A DNA stretch of 64,000 bases from Macrostomum lignano (Eukaryota): the NCBI GenBank assembly GCA_002269645.1, contig NIVC01001362.1:1-64000 (forward strand). The letters run 5' to 3'. The notes below the pieces were generated by a model. It was not told the DNA's origin and did no database searches. It saw nothing but the letters and a program-made list of their open reading frames with translations. Below are positions 50,990 to 64,000 of the stretch, piece by piece. Both the position numbers and the translations under genes were made by a program. How positions within the stretch are numbered: the first letter of the stretch is position 1; every line of letters starts with the position of its first letter.

Positions 50990-51256
50990 GGCTTGATGTG
51001 CAACCGACAGCTCAGCCGCAGCTATTGCGCGGCGCATCTGAAAGCTGCGTACGGCTGTTCAGTCCAAGGACTGGGGGGGGGGGGTCGCCACACACACCCT
51101 CAATTACCCCAGCTAATGCTGGCACCCATTTTACAGCTGGGTGAACTGAAGCAATGCAGAGTTAAGTGTCTTGCTCAAGGACACAAATTGTTCTGAGTAG
51201 TTCTAAAATCGAACCCCGACCTTTAGTCGAAAGTCCAACGCTCTAACCACTAGGCT
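50990..51256 (-). mobile_element. tRNA-headed CORE (MIR-like) SINE
   Basis: Minus strand starts with A-box-like GCCTAGTGGTTAGAGC and B-box GGTTCGATT; plus strand CCCATTTTACAGCTGGGTGAACTGAAGCAATGCAGAGTTAAGTGTCTTGCTCAAGGACACA closely follows the antisense MIR/CORE consensus pattern. Confidence 0.75.
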
Positions 51257-51271
51257 TTCTATACGATTAGA

Positions 51272-51440
51272 TAAATCATCATTAGCAATTAGTGGATTAG
51301 AGAAATCGACATTAGCAATTAGTGGATTAGAGAAATCGACATTAGCAATTAGTGGATTAGAGAAATCGACATTAGCAATTAGTGGATTAGAGAAATCGAC
51401 ATTAGAAATTAGGAAATTAGAGAAATGAAGATTAGCAGTT
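51272..51440. repeat. 30-bp tandem repeat GACATTAGCAATTAGTGGATTAGAGAAATC, ~5 units
   Basis: Direct reading. Confidence 0.85.
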
Positions 51441-51530
51441 AGACTTTATTTAAAAAATCTCTGATATTCGACAATTACTCGTCTGGTTTCTCACGATTTC
51501 CTGACCAATAAATCAGTCAATCAATAAATC

Positions 51531-51754
51531 ATGTTCCGTCGAGCGGTCCGCAGTCGGGCATTCCGGCGCCTCTGCTACCTGGCCGCAGGGGCGGCGCCCT
51601 CGCCGTGGCCACCCTGCAAGGCGTGCCCTGGGCGCTGGAAGCCTACAACCTGCGCCGCAACTATGTGCCCCGAGCAAGACAGATCCTCACCTGATTGAGC
51701 TGATGGACGCTAAGCTGCCCACTAGGCAGGAACAGCTGGATAGCCTGTCTACTG
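51531..51754 (+). CDS. GPD2: Mitochondrial glycerol-3-phosphate dehydrogenase, exon 1 (targeting peptide; two apparent 1-nt homopolymer deletions)
   Basis: MFRRAVRSRAFRRLCYLAAG (Arg-rich presequence); adding one G at GGGG (~51588) and one C at CCCC (~51668) gives ...GGALAVATLQ...VPPSKTDPHLIELMDAKLPTRQEQLDSLST; donor G|GTGAGT phase 1. Confidence 0.7.
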
Positions 51755-51799
51755 GTGAGTGTAAAAGTACATTTTTCGGAGTTTTAACACCTACTTATC

Positions 51800-52725
51800 C
51801 ATCCTATCGACAGGGGATATTCAGATCCCAATCCCATCCTACAGACAGGGGATATTCAGATCCCATTCTTATCCTACAGACAGGGGATATTCAGATCCCA
51901 TTCTTATCCTACAGACAGGGGATATTCAGATCCCAATCCCATCCTACAGACAGGGGATATTCAGATCCCGATCCCATCCTACAGACAGGGGATATTCAGA
52001 TCCCATCCTACAGACAGGGGATATTCAGATCCCATCCTACAGACAGGGGATATTCAGATCCCAATCCCATCCTACAGACAGGGGATATTCAGATCTCATT
52101 CCCATCCTACAGACAGGGGATATTCAGATCCCATCCTACAGACAGGGGATATTCAGATCCCATCCTACAGACAGGGGATATTCAGATCCCATCCTACAGA
52201 CAGGGGATATTCAGATCCCAATCCCATCCTACAGACAGGGGATATTCAGATCTCATTCCCATCCTACAGACAGGGGATATTCAGATCCCATCCTACAGAC
52301 AGGGGATATTCAGATCCCATCCTACAGACAGGGGATATTCAGATCCCATCCTACAGACAGGGGATATTCAGATCCCAATCCCATCCTACAGACAGGGGAT
52401 ATTCAGATCCCATTCCCATCCTACAGACAGGGGATATTCAGATCCCAATCCCATCCTACAGACAGGGGATATTCAGATCCCAATCCCATCCTACAGATAG
52501 GTAATATTTATCCCATCCTACAGACAGGGAATATTTATCCCAATCCCATCCTACAGACAGGGGATATTCAGATCCCAATCCCATCCTACAGGCAGGGGAT
52601 ATTCAGATCCCATTCCCATCCTACAGACAGGGGATATTCAGATCCCATTCCCATCCTACAGACAGGGGATATTCAGATCCCATCCTACAGACAGGGGATA
52701 TTCGGATCCCAATCCCATCCTACGT
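51800..52725. repeat. Intronic minisatellite (29/35-bp units), same family as 49830-50570
   Basis: Direct reading; GPD2 intron 1. Confidence 0.95.
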
Positions 52726-52854
52726 GGGATATTTAAATTCCGATCCCGTGAGCGGGCCCAGGATTTAGCGGAATGGACTTACCTATAAAAACCAGCCAAG
52801 AAACTAACACCAAAGGTCATTCTAATGCACCTGCCTTCTCTTGAATGCCTTCAG

Positions 52855-53060
52855 AGGAGTTCGACGTGCTCATTATCGGTGGGGGCGCCACGGGCTGCGG
52901 CTGCGCGCTGGACGCAGTCAGTCGCGGCCTGCGGACCGCACTGGTTGAGAAATTCGACTTCGCCAGCGGCACCTCCAGCCGCAGCACAAAATTGATTCAT
53001 GGCGGGGTGCGGTACCTGCAGAAGGCTGTGTTTAACCTGGACATTGAGCAGTACCGCATG
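52855..53060 (+). CDS. GPD2: GPD2 exon 2 (FAD-binding)
   Basis: [12 protein letters not shown]...[16 protein letters not shown]; acceptor CCTTCAG|, donor ATG|GTGAGT. Confidence 0.95.
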
Positions 53061-53069
53061 GTGAGTACC

Positions 53070-53430
53070 GGCCTCCCAGATCCTCAGTTGTTGGGCCAGC
53101 TTTCCAGATCTTCAGTTGCTGGGCCTGCCTCCCAGATCCTCAGCTGCTGGGCCTGCCTCCCAGATCCTCAGCTGCTGAACCAGCGTCCCAGATCCTCAGC
53201 TGCTGGGCTAGCCTCCCAAATCCTCAGCTGCTGGGCCAGCCTCCCAGATTCTCAGTTGCTGGGCCAGCCTGTCAAAGTGTCAGTTGCTGGGCCAGCTTTC
53301 CAGATCCTCAGTTGCTGGGCCACCAGCCTCCCAGATCCTCAGTTTCTAGGCCAGCCTCCCAGATCCTCAGTTGCTGGGCCTGCTTCCCAGATCCTCAGCT
53401 TCTGGGCCAGTCTCCCAGATCCCCAGTTGC
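53070..53430. repeat. Degenerate ~30-bp intronic repeat (CTGGGCCTGCCTCCCAGATCCTCAGTTG)
   Basis: Fills GPD2 intron 2. Confidence 0.85.
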
Positions 53431-53457
53431 TGATGCATCTCACACCAAACTCCGCAG

Positions 53458-53710
53458 GTGAAGGAGGCCTTAAGCGAGCGGGCAAACCTGCTGCAGATTG
53501 CGCCTCATCTGAGCTACCCTCTGCCAATCATGCTGCCAATTTATCACCTGTGGCAGCTGCCCTACTTTTGGGCAGGCATAAAGATGTACGATTTGGTGTC
53601 TGGCACGCAGATTTTAAAGCCTTCGTTCTATTTGAGCAAGTCCAGAGCTCTGGAATATTTCCCTATGCTGCAGAAGGACGCTTTAAAGGGTGCTTTAGTG
53701 TACTACGATG
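53458..53710 (+). CDS. GPD2: GPD2 exon 3
   Basis: [27 protein letters not shown]...GALVYYDG; acceptor CCGCAG|, donor G|GTGAGT. Confidence 0.95.
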
Positions 53711-53829
53711 GTGAGTGTTAGTTTATTTTCTTTATTTCATTTGGCGAATACGGATGCTTCCCTTACCCCTATATTTTCGATTTCCATTGTCCACACAGCC
53801 AAGCAACTTAGATATTAATCCCATGACCC

Positions 53830-54900
53830 ATAATGAAGCTCCAGTGACCCACCTACGAATCTAAACCCCCCTGACTCACGAATCAAAATCCCCTTGACCC
53901 ATGAATATAAATCACTTTGACCCACGAATCAAAATCCCCTTGACATACGAATCTGAATCCCCTTGATCTACGAATCTAAATCCCCCCTGACCCATGAATT
54001 TAAATTCCTTTGACCCATGAATATAAATGACCTTGACCCACGAATCAAAATCCCCTTGACTTCCGAATCTAAATGCGCCTTGACCCACGAATCAAATCCC
54101 CTTGACTTCCGAATCTAAATGCGCCTTGACCCACGAATCAAATCCCCTTGACTTCCGAATCTAAATGCGCCTTGACCCACGAATCAAATCCCCTTGACTT
54201 CCGAATCTAAATGCGCCTTGACCCACGAATCAAATCCCCTTGACTTCCAAATCTAAATGCGCCTTGACCCACGAATTTAAATCCCCTTGACCCAGGAGTT
54301 TAAATCCCCTTGACCTACGAATCTAAATCCCCTGACCCATGAATTTAAATTCCTTTGACCCATGGGCCATGAATATAAATGACCTTGACCCACGAATCAA
54401 AATCCCCTTGACTTCCGAATCTAAATGCGCCTTGACCCACGAATCAAAATCCCCTTGACTTCCGAATCTAAATGCGCCTTGACCCACGAATCAAATCCCC
54501 TTGACTTCCAAATCTAAATGCGCCTTGACCCACGAATTTAAATCCCCTTGACCCAGGAGTTTAAATCCCCTTGACCTACGAATCTAAATCCCCTGACCCA
54601 TGAATTTAAATTCCTTTGACCCATGGGCCATGAATATAAATGACCTTGACCCACGAATCAAAATCCCCTTGACTTCCGGATCTAAATGCGCCTTGACCCA
54701 CGAATCAAAATCCCCTTGACTTCCGAATCTAAATGCGCCTTGACCCACGAATCAAAATCCCCTTGACTTCCGAATCTAAATGCGCCTTGACCCACGAATC
54801 AAAATCCCCTTGACTTCCGAATCTAAATGCGCCTTGACCCACGAATTTAAATCCCCTTGACCTACGAATCTAAATCCCCTGACCCACAAATAGAAGTTCC
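53830..54900. repeat. Intronic 22-23-bp repeat with higher-order dimers (CCCCTTGACCCACGAATCTAAAT)
   Basis: Fills GPD2 intron 3. Confidence 0.9.
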
Positions 54901-55053
54901 GTGACTCACTAATGTAAATCCTCTGGTTCTTCAAGCCGAATCCCCTGACCCACGTGTCCTTATCACCCGACCTAGCGATCTCAGCTTCCTCAGCCTGAGC
55001 CGCATATTAAAATCCCAGTGCAGACTCACCCGCGACCCGCCTTCAACCCTCAG

Positions 55054-55590
55054 GCCAGCACGAGGACGCCCGCATGTGCCTGTCAATCGGTCTGACGGCT
55101 GCTAAGCTGGGCGCCAGTATAGCCAACTATTGCGAAGTTGTCGAGATACTGAAATCTACAGATCCAACCACCAACAAAGAGGTGGTGTCCGGGGCTCGAG
55201 TCCTGGACCGCACTACTGGCAAAGAGTTCGCTATCAAAGCCAAGTGCATAGTGAACGCTACCGGGCCCTATTCGGACACCATCCGGCAGAAGGAGAATCC
55301 TCAGAAAGCAAAGATTGTCGCCCCCAGCGCCGGGATTCACATCACCCTGCCCGACTACTACAGTCCCGAGAGGATGGGCCTGCTGGACCCCGCCACAGCC
55401 GACGGCCGGGTGATTTTCTTTTTACCCTGGCAGAACTGCACCATAGCCGGTACGACTGACACTCCCTGTGAGCTGACAGACAATCCGCACCCAACTGAAG
55501 ACGATGTTAAATTCATTCTCAAAGAGATTAAGCACTATTTGTCGCCTGATATTGATATTCGGCGTGGCGACGTGCTCAGCGCTTGGGCCG
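55054..55590 (+). CDS. GPD2: GPD2 exon 4
   Basis: GQHEDARM...IVNATGPYSD...GLLDPATADGRVIFFLPW...IAGTTD...DVLSAWAG; splice phases consistent. Confidence 0.95.
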
Positions 55591-55639
55591 GTGAGTAGTG
55601 AAATGAAATCTGTTTTTGAGGCTTCAGCAGTGCCCTTCT

Positions 55640-58600
55640 GATCCCCAGGCTAGGCTACCCCACTGTCTCCCAGATCCCCAGACTCAGCTACCCCACTGTC
55701 TCCCAGATCCTCAGACTCAGCTACCCCACTGTCTCCCAGATCCTCAGACTCAGCTACCCCACTGTCTCCCGGGTCCCCAGACTCAGCTACCCCACTGTCT
55801 CCTAGATCCCCAGACTCAGCTACCCCACTGTCTCCCAGATCATCAGACTCAGCTACCCCACTGTCTCCCAGATCCCCAGACTCAGCTACCCCACTGTCTC
55901 CCAGATCCCCAGACTCAGCTACCCCACTGTCTCCCAGATCCTCAGACTCAGCTACCCCACTGTCTCCCAGATCCTCAGACTCAGCTACCCCACTGTCTCC
56001 CGGGTCCCCAGACTCAGCTACCCCACTGTCTCCCAGATCCTCAGACTCAGCTACCCCACTGTCTCCCAGATCCCCAGACTCAGCTACCCCACTGTCTCCC
56101 AGATCCCCAGACTCAGCTACCCCACTGTCTCCCAGATCCTCAGACTCAGCTACCCCACTGTCTCCCAGATCCTCAGACTCAGCTACCCCACTGTCTCCCA
56201 GATCCCCAGACTCAGCTACCCCACTGTCTCCCAGATCCTCAGACTCAGCTACCCCACTGTCTCCCAGATCCCCAGACTCAGCTACCCCACTGTCTCCCAG
56301 ATCCCCAGACTCAGCTACCCCACTGTCTCCCAGATCCCCAGACTCAGCTACCCCACTGTCTCCCAGATCCCCAGACTCAGCTACCCCACTGTCTCCCAGA
56401 TCCTCAGACTCAGCTACCCCACTGTCTCCCAGATCCCCAGACTCAGCTACCCCACTGTCTCCCAGATCCTCAGACTCAGCTACCCCACTGTCTCCCAGAT
56501 CCCCAGACTCAGCTACCCCACTGTCTCCCAGATCCCCAGACTCAGCTACCCCACTGTCTCCCAGATCCTCAGACTCAGCTACCCCACTGTCTCCCAGATC
56601 CCCAGACTCAGCTACCCCACTGTCTCCCAGATCCCCAGACTCAGCTACCCCACTGTCTCCCAGATCCTCAGACTCAGCTACCCCACTGTCTCCCAGATCC
56701 TCAGACTCAGCTACCCCACTGTCTCCCGGGTCCCCAGACTCAGCTACCCCACTGTCTCCTAGATCCCCAGACTCAGCTACCCCACTGTCTCCCAGATCAT
56801 CAGACTCAGCTACCCCACTGTCTCCCAGATCCCCAGACTCAGCTACCCCACTGTCTCCCAGATCCCCAGACTCAGCTACCCCACTGTCTCCCAGATCCTC
56901 AGACTCAGCTACCCCACTGTCTCCCAGATCCTCAGACTCAGCTACCCCACTGTCTCCCGGGTCCCCAGACTCAGCTACCCCACTGTCTCCCAGATCCTCA
57001 GACTCAGCTACCCCACTGTCTCCCAGATCCCCAGACTCAGCTACCCCACTGTCTCCCAGATCCCCAGACTCAGCTACCCCACTGTCTCCCAGATCCTCAG
57101 ACTCAGCTACCCCACTGTCTCCCAGATCCTCAGACTCAGCTACCCCACTGTCTCCCAGATCCCCAGACTCAGCTACCCCACTGTCTCCCAGATCCTCAGA
57201 CTCAGCTACCCCACTGTCTCCCAGATCCCCAGACTCAGCTACCCCACTGTCTCCCAGATCCCCAGACTCAGCTACCCCACTGTCTCCCAGATCCCCAGAC
57301 TCAGCTACCCCACTGTCTCCCAGATCCCCAGACTCAGCTACCCCACTGTCTCCCAGATCCTCAGACTCAGCTACCCCACTGTCTCCCAGATCCCCAGACT
57401 CAGCTACCCCACTGTCTCCCAGATCCTCAGACTCAGCTACCCCACTGTCTCCCAGATCCCCAGACTCAGCTACCCCACTGTCTCCCAGATCCCCAGACTC
57501 AGCTACCCCACTGTCTCCCAGATCCTCAGACTCAGCTACCCCACTGTCTCCCAGATCCCCAGACTCAGCTACCCCACTGTCTCCCAGATCCCCAGACTCA
57601 GCTACCCCACTGTCTCCCAGATCCCCAGACTCAGCTACCCCACTGTCTCCCAGATCCCCAGACTCAGCTACCCCACTGTCTCCCAGATCCTCAGACTCAG
57701 CTACCCCACTGTCTCCCAGATCCCCAGACTCAGCTACCCCACTGTCTCCCAGATCCTCAGACTCAGCTACCCCACTGTCTCCCAGATCCCCAGACTCAGC
57801 TACCCCACTGTCTCCCAGATCCTCAGACTCAGCTACCCCACTGTCTCCCAGATCCTCAGACTCAGCTACCCCACTGTCTCCCAGATCCCCAGACTCAGCT
57901 ACCCCACTGTCTCCCAGATCCCCAGACTCAGCTACCCCACTGTCTCCCAGATCCCCAGACTCAGCTACCCCACTGTCTCCCAGATCCCCAGACTCAGCTA
58001 CCCCACTGTCTCCCGGGTCCCCAGACTCAGCTACCCCACTGTCTCCCAGGTCCCCAGACTCAGCCACCCCACTGTCTCCCAGGTCCCCAGACTCAGCTAC
58101 CCCACTGTCTCCCAGATCCCCAGACTCAGCTACCCCACTGTCTCCCAGATCCCCAGACTCAGCTACCCCACTGTCTCCCAGATCCCCAGACTCAGCTACC
58201 CCACTGTCTCCCAGATCCCCAGACTCAGCTACCCCACTGTCTCCCAGATCCCCAGACTCAGCCACCCCACTGTCTCCCAGGTCCCCAGACTCAGCCACCC
58301 CACTGTCTCCCAGGTCCCCAGACTCAGCTACCCCACTGTCTCCCGGTCCCCAGACTCAGCTACCCCACTGTCTCCCAGGTCCCCAGACTCAGCTACCCCA
58401 CTGTCTCCCAGATCCCCAGACTCAGCTACCCCACTGTCTCCCGGGTCCCCAGACTCAGCTACCCCACTGTCTCCCAGGTCCCCAGACTCAGCTACCCCAC
58501 TGTCTCCCGGGTCCCCAGACTCAGCTACCCCACTGTCTCCCAGATCCCCAGACTCAGCTACCCCACTGTCTCCCAGATCCCCAGACTCAGCTACCCCACT

Positions 58601-58740
58601 GTCTCCCAGGTCCCCAGACTCAGCTACCCCACTGTCTCCCAGGTCCCCAGACTCAGCTACCCCACTGTCTCCCAGGTCCCCAGACTCAGCTACCCCACTG
58701 TCTCCCAGATCCCCAGACTCAGCTACCCCACTGTCTCCCA
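55640..58740. repeat. Intronic minisatellite, 33-bp unit CTCCCAGATCCCCAGACTCAGCTACCCCACTGT, ~94 units
   Basis: Fills GPD2 intron 4; explains the 1092-aa and 882-aa repeat ORFs. Confidence 0.98.
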
Positions 58741-58770
58741 AATCCTCAAGTTGAGATTATCCTCTCGCAG

Positions 58771-59096
58771 GCATTCGGCCGCTGGTGACGGACCCGAACA
58801 AGTCGGACACGCAGAGCATCGCCAGGAATCACATCATCGAAGTGTCGGACAGCAGAATGGTGACCATTGCGGGCGGCAAGTGGACCACTTATAGGCAGAT
58901 GAGCGAGGAGACTATTGATAAAGTTATCGAAGTGGCCAATCTGCAAGCCAAAGGTCCGTGCAAGACTAAAGGCCTGCTGCTGGATGGCGCCTATCACTGG
59001 GGCCCGAATCTGTTTATTCGGCTGGTGCAGGAGTACGGAGTGGAGCCCTCCGTGGCTCAGCACCTGGCCAATGTCTATGGCGACAAGTCTTTGGAG
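58771..59096 (+). CDS. GPD2: GPD2 exon 5
   Basis: GIRPLV...SIARNH...IAGGKWTTYRQM; acceptor CTCGCAG|, donor GAG|GTAGGT. Confidence 0.95.
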
Positions 59097-59129
59097 GTAG
59101 GTTGTATGCTGAGTTATATATGCGGCTTA

Positions 59130-59420
59130 CATAGTACATGAAACATGTCTTATACAGTACATTTATTATGTATGTATTATAGTACATAAAGCATGTATTA
59201 TACAGTACATTAAGCATGTATTATACAGTACATAAAGCATGTATTATACAGTACATAAAGCATGTATTATACAGTACATAAAGCATGTATTATACAGTAC
59301 ATAAAGCATGTATTATACAGTACATAAAGCATGTATTATAGAGTACATAAAGCATGTATTATACAGTACATAAGCATGTATTATACAGTACATAAAGCAT
59401 GTATTATACAGTAAATTAAG
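59130..59420. repeat. Intronic 23-bp repeat ATAAAGCATGTATTATACAGTAC
   Basis: Fills GPD2 intron 5. Confidence 0.9.
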
Positions 59421-59475
59421 CATGTCCATCATAGTTCACATGCACCACATGTAAATCCCGTCCAACGCCGACCAG

Positions 59476-59910
59476 ATCATCAAGCTGGAATCCCTGAGCG
59501 GACAGCGCTGGCCGGTGGTAGGCAAGCGACTGCACCCGAACTATCCCTACCTGGAGTCTGAGGTGCGCTGGGCCACCAGAGAGTACGCCTGCCGTGCGGT
59601 GGACATCCTGGCTCGTCGAACTCGCCTGGCCTTCGCCAACGTGCACGCCGCTGTGGAGGCCCTGCCCCGAGTGGTGCAGATCATGGGCGAGGAGCTGGGC
59701 TGGTCCGAAACCAAGCGTCAGGAAGAGCTGGCGCATTGCAAAGGGTTTCTCCGGTTTGAGATGGGCTACAATTTGAAACTGCAGGAACGGCTGCAGCATC
59801 CCATCAATCTGTCCTCTGAGGAGATTGCCGATTTGATGTCGAAATTCCGCAAAATGGACGCCGATAACAAAGGTTTTATTACCCTTAACGATTTGGAAAG
59901 ATACTTCAAG
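59476..59910 (+). CDS. GPD2: GPD2 exon 6 (includes first EF-hand)
   Basis: WPVVGKRLHPNYPYLESEV...DILARRTRLAF...DADNKGFITLND; acceptor GACCAG|, donor AAG|GTGAGC. Confidence 0.93.
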
Positions 59911-59959
59911 GTGAGCGCGCAGGTTATGTGTCTTTTGGTGGAGTTTCGATTGATTTGGC

Positions 59960-60500
59960 TAGGTTTATGAGAAGATTTATGAGTAGATTTATGAGTAGAT
60001 TTTGGTAGGTTTATGAGTAGATTTGGCTAGGTTTATGTGTAGATTCTGGTAGGTTTATGAGTAGATTTTGGTAGGTTTATGAGTAGATTTTGGTAGGTTT
60101 ATGTGTAGATTTTGGTAGGTTTATGTGTAGATTTGGCTAGGTTTATGTGTAGATTTGGCTAGGTTTATGTGTAGATTCTGGTAGGTATATGAGTAGATTT
60201 TGGTAGGTTTATGAGTAGATTTTGGTAGGTTTATGTGTAGATTTGGCTAGGTTTATGTGTAGATTCTGGTAGGTATATGAGTAGATTTTGGTAGGTTTAT
60301 GAGTAGATTTTGGTAGGTTTATGAGAAGATAATTTTGTAGGTTAATGAGAAGAATTTTGTAGGTTTATAAGTAAATTTTTGTAGGCTTTTGAGTAGATTT
60401 TGCTAGGCTTATGTGTAGATATGTGTAGGCTTTACTTTTTTTAGTAAAGTTTGATAGGTTTGTGTAAATTTTAGTATGTTTATGAGTAGATTTTGTAGGT
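59960..60500. repeat. Intronic ~22-bp repeat GTAGATTTTGGTAGGTTTATGA
   Basis: Direct reading; GPD2 intron 6. Confidence 0.9.
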
Positions 60501-61039
60501 TTATAAATATTTTTATGAGTAGATAAAACTATTCATAGGTTTATTTATAGGTAGGTTTATTTATGAGTACATGTAGATAAGTCGATAAAATCATATTTTA
60601 GGTGTGGATAAATGCGAATACATTTGTTAATAAATAGAAGTACTTACAGTACTTATTAATTTACTGTTTATTAGTACTTTTTTACTTTTATTTTCGTTTG
60701 CTCTTCCGCTCCGCTGTAGAACCACGCGGCTCCTATGCTTGTACGGACAATTTCTAATACTGGTTTACTGTATGCCATACTATTGAGAATATTAAAACAT
60801 TGTTTGCACGTGAATATACGCTGCATAGTCTGTTTTGTGGCTGACTGATATCCAATATTATATCAATAATTAAAATTTAAGTTTGTGCGCCTTTAATTCC
60901 TGGATAAATTGCTTGTGCGGGTTTTGTGTTTGCGCTTTTATTATATAGTTGATTGTGCTTATTTTATTTTTTCTTGATTTTATGACCCGCATATTAGACT
61001 ATTTGACCCGCATATTTTCAATTTTTAGTTGAAAATAGA

Positions 61040-61405
61040 TCATAGACTATTAGTCTAGTTGATAAATCGGCCATAGACTATTAGTCTAGTTGATAAATAG
61101 GCCATAGACTATTAGTTTAGTTGATAAATAGGCCATAGACTATTAGTCTAGTTGATAAATAGGCCATAGACTATTAGTCTAGTTGATAAATAGGTCATAG
61201 ACTATTAGTCTAGTTGATAAATCGGCCATAGACTATTAGTCTAGTTGATAAATAGGCCATAGACTATTAGTCTAGTTGATAAATAGGCCATAGACTATTA
61301 GTCTAGTTGATAAATAGGTCATAGACTATTAGTCTAGTTGATAAATAGGTCATAGACTATTAGTCTAGTTGATAAATAGGCCATAGACTATTAGTCTAGT
61401 TGATA
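61040..61405. repeat. Intronic 31-bp repeat CCATAGACTATTAGTCTAGTTGATAAATAGG
   Basis: Direct reading; GPD2 intron 6. Confidence 0.93.
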
Positions 61406-61837
61406 TATAGGTCACATACTTCCGTATAGTTGGTAAATTGGTAATAAAATACGATCTATAAATAATAATAATGACAAATCATATATAACTCTTCTTTTAT
61501 GGTCCTTTTTAGAAATGGGCATACAATATAAATTTATGAGTCCAATTAAACCTAATTAACCTAAAATAAACCTAAAAAACTATAATTGTTACAATAACAA
61601 ATAAAACAACACAAATTTCGATGCTTGATCCACAATTTTTGTCCCTACAAGTAGTGAATGGCCAATATTGCTTCCATCTAATAATTTTGTCGTCCGAAAC
61701 TCGGCCGCGATTGATTTGTACGCAACGCTGCTATAGAATTCGATAATAATGTCTACTAAAATTATGCATGTACAGAATGATCTTTATTACTAATCATTTA
61801 TCGATTTTAGTGTTGCATTATAGATGTAGCATCATAT

Positions 61838-62419
<582 letters not shown>

Positions 62420-62626
62420 GAATTACATTCGCTTGTTCAGTTAATGAGGGCAACACTGTAAAGTCCATGGCTCATGCTTTATTTTTACTTGGTGATGGCC
62501 CATAAAACTGAGTAGAGCATAAATCAAAATGAAAGTTATAACCTGCTTTACCGGTAATTAGTACCTGTGCTTTGCCAGAGCCAGCTTCCAGCTTTTCACT
62601 TATCCCCATTTCGTGGCATTTCGCAG

Positions 62627-62725
62627 GGCACCAACCACAGCATGGAGGCGGCCCAGATCATGGACATGATCGACGAGGTGGATCTCAACAGGAATGGGCG
62701 CATTGAAATGTCGGAATTCCTTCAG
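62627..62725 (+). CDS. GPD2: GPD2 exon 7 (second EF-hand); gene continues beyond the window
   Basis: GTNHSMEAAQIMDMIDEVDLNRNGRIEMSEFLQ; acceptor TTCGCAG|, donor CAG|GTTTGT. Confidence 0.9.
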
Positions 62726-62889
62726 GTTTGTTTGTTACTGGCTCTTAGAGCTGTTGCTGACAGACTGATCTTTATATCTAGTTAGACAATTGTCTAACAA
62801 GCGAATGTCAATTGTGTTTACTTTTGGTCTCAGTCACCTGATCTTGCCTGGCGCTATGCTAGCTCACCTGGATTTCTCCCTCTATGTTT

Positions 62890-63960
62890 GCTCTCTCTAC
62901 CCTCTGCATACCCTCTCCCCACCCTCTTCCCACCCTCTGCCTACCGTCTCCCCACCCTCTGCCTACCCTCTGCCTACCCTCTGCCTACCCTCTGCCTACC
63001 CTCTGCCTACCCTCTGCCTACTCTCTGCATAACCTATCCCCACCCTCTGCCTACCGTCTCCCCACCCTCTGCCTACCCTCTGCCTACCCTCTGCCCACCC
63101 TCTGCCTACCCTCTGCCTACCCTCTGCCTACCCTCTGCCTACTCTCTGCATAACCTATCCCCACCCTCTGCCTACCGTCTCCCCACCCTCTGCCTACCCT
63201 CTGCCTACCCTCTGCCCACCCTCTGCCTACCCTCTGCCCACCCTCTGCCTACCCTCTGCCTACCCTCTGCCTACCCTCTGTATACTCTCTGCATAACCTA
63301 TCCCCACCCTCTGCCTACCGTCTCCCCACCCTCTGCCTACCCTCTGCCTACCCTCTGCCCACCCTCTGCCTACCCTCTGCCTACCCTCTGCCTACCCTCT
63401 GCCCACCATCTGCCTACCCTCTCCCCACCCTCTGCCTACCGTCTCCCCACCCTCTGCCTACCCTCTGCCTACCCTCTGCCCACCCTCTGCCTACCCTCTG
63501 CCCACCATCTGCCTACCCTCTCCCCACCCTCTGCCTACCGTCTCCCCACCCTCTGCCTACCCTCTGCCTACCCTCTGCCCACCCTCTGCCTACCCTCTGC
63601 CCACCATCTGCCTACCCTCTCCCCACCCTCTGCCTACCGTCTCCCCACCCTCTGCCTACCCTCTGCCTACCCTCTGCCCACCCTCTGCCTACCCTCTGCC
63701 CACCATCTGCCTACCCTCTCCCCACCCTCTGCCTACCCTCTGCCTACCCTCTGCTTACCCTCTCACCACCCTCTCCCCACCCTCTACACTCTCCCTACAC
63801 CCTCTCCCACCCTCTACACTCTCCCTACACCCTCTCCCACCCTCTACACTCTCCCTACACCCTCTCCCTACCCTTAACACTCCCTACATCCTCTCCCCAC
63901 CCTCTCCTCACTCTCTCTCTTCACCCTCTACACTCCCTCACTCTACACCCACTGCGCCTC
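62890..63960. repeat. 11-bp CCCTCTGCCTA tandem array grading into C/T-rich low complexity
   Basis: Direct reading; GPD2 intron 7. Confidence 0.95.
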
Positions 63961-64000
63961 ATCCCCACTCTGCACCCTCTTCAATGGTCTCCCTCTCTGC

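Noticed and set aside
51185-51256. tRNA gene
   Set aside because: A/B boxes are present but there is no full cloverleaf, and it continues into a SINE core.
49828-52500. HPTDRGYSDP repeat ORFs (also 62888-63877 LPTLCLPSAYP)
   Set aside because: Minisatellite translations with frame changes whenever unit length varies.
55616-58894. 1092-aa (PDPQTQLPHCL)n ORF and antisense 882-aa (ESGDLGDSGVA)n ORF
   Set aside because: Products of a 33-bp stop-free minisatellite inside GPD2 intron 4; flanking exons join cleanly by GT-AG in phase and the ORF is out of frame with exon 5.

Overview
Eukaryotic (animal) genomic DNA, very rich in tandem repeats, with GT-AG introns; the style (GC-rich exons encoding Q/A/S-rich proteins, introns filled with minisatellites, Zic without ZOC) suggests a free-living flatworm such as Macrostomum, which is an inference. 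Supported genes: (1) a 4-exon multi-cysteine-cluster Toll-like receptor (5925-11414, +) with signal peptide, two LRR blocks, a TM helix and apparently TWO tandem TIR-like domains; (2) an inverted, nearly identical copy of only its last two exons (second TIR; 20475-22207, -) with intact frame and splice sites; (3) an unrecognised low-complexity protein (15828-19238, +); (4) a 3-exon Zic zinc-finger gene (36681-34592, -); (5) a co-oriented run of TPK1, SAP30BP and GPD2 (44357 to beyond 64000, +), where TPK1 has no usable ATG but begins at a splice acceptor in phase 0, consistent with SL trans-splicing in an operon. Mobile DNA: an RNase H-bearing non-LTR retrotransposon relic plus two related 3' fragments (one with a 13-bp TSD), a tRNA-headed CORE-type SINE, a GC-rich MITE with 15-bp TIRs and 8-bp TSD, Helitron-like 3' ends and more than 20 micro/minisatellite arrays that explain most long ORFs in the supplied track. 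All exon structures were derived by hand from splice signals and reading phase.
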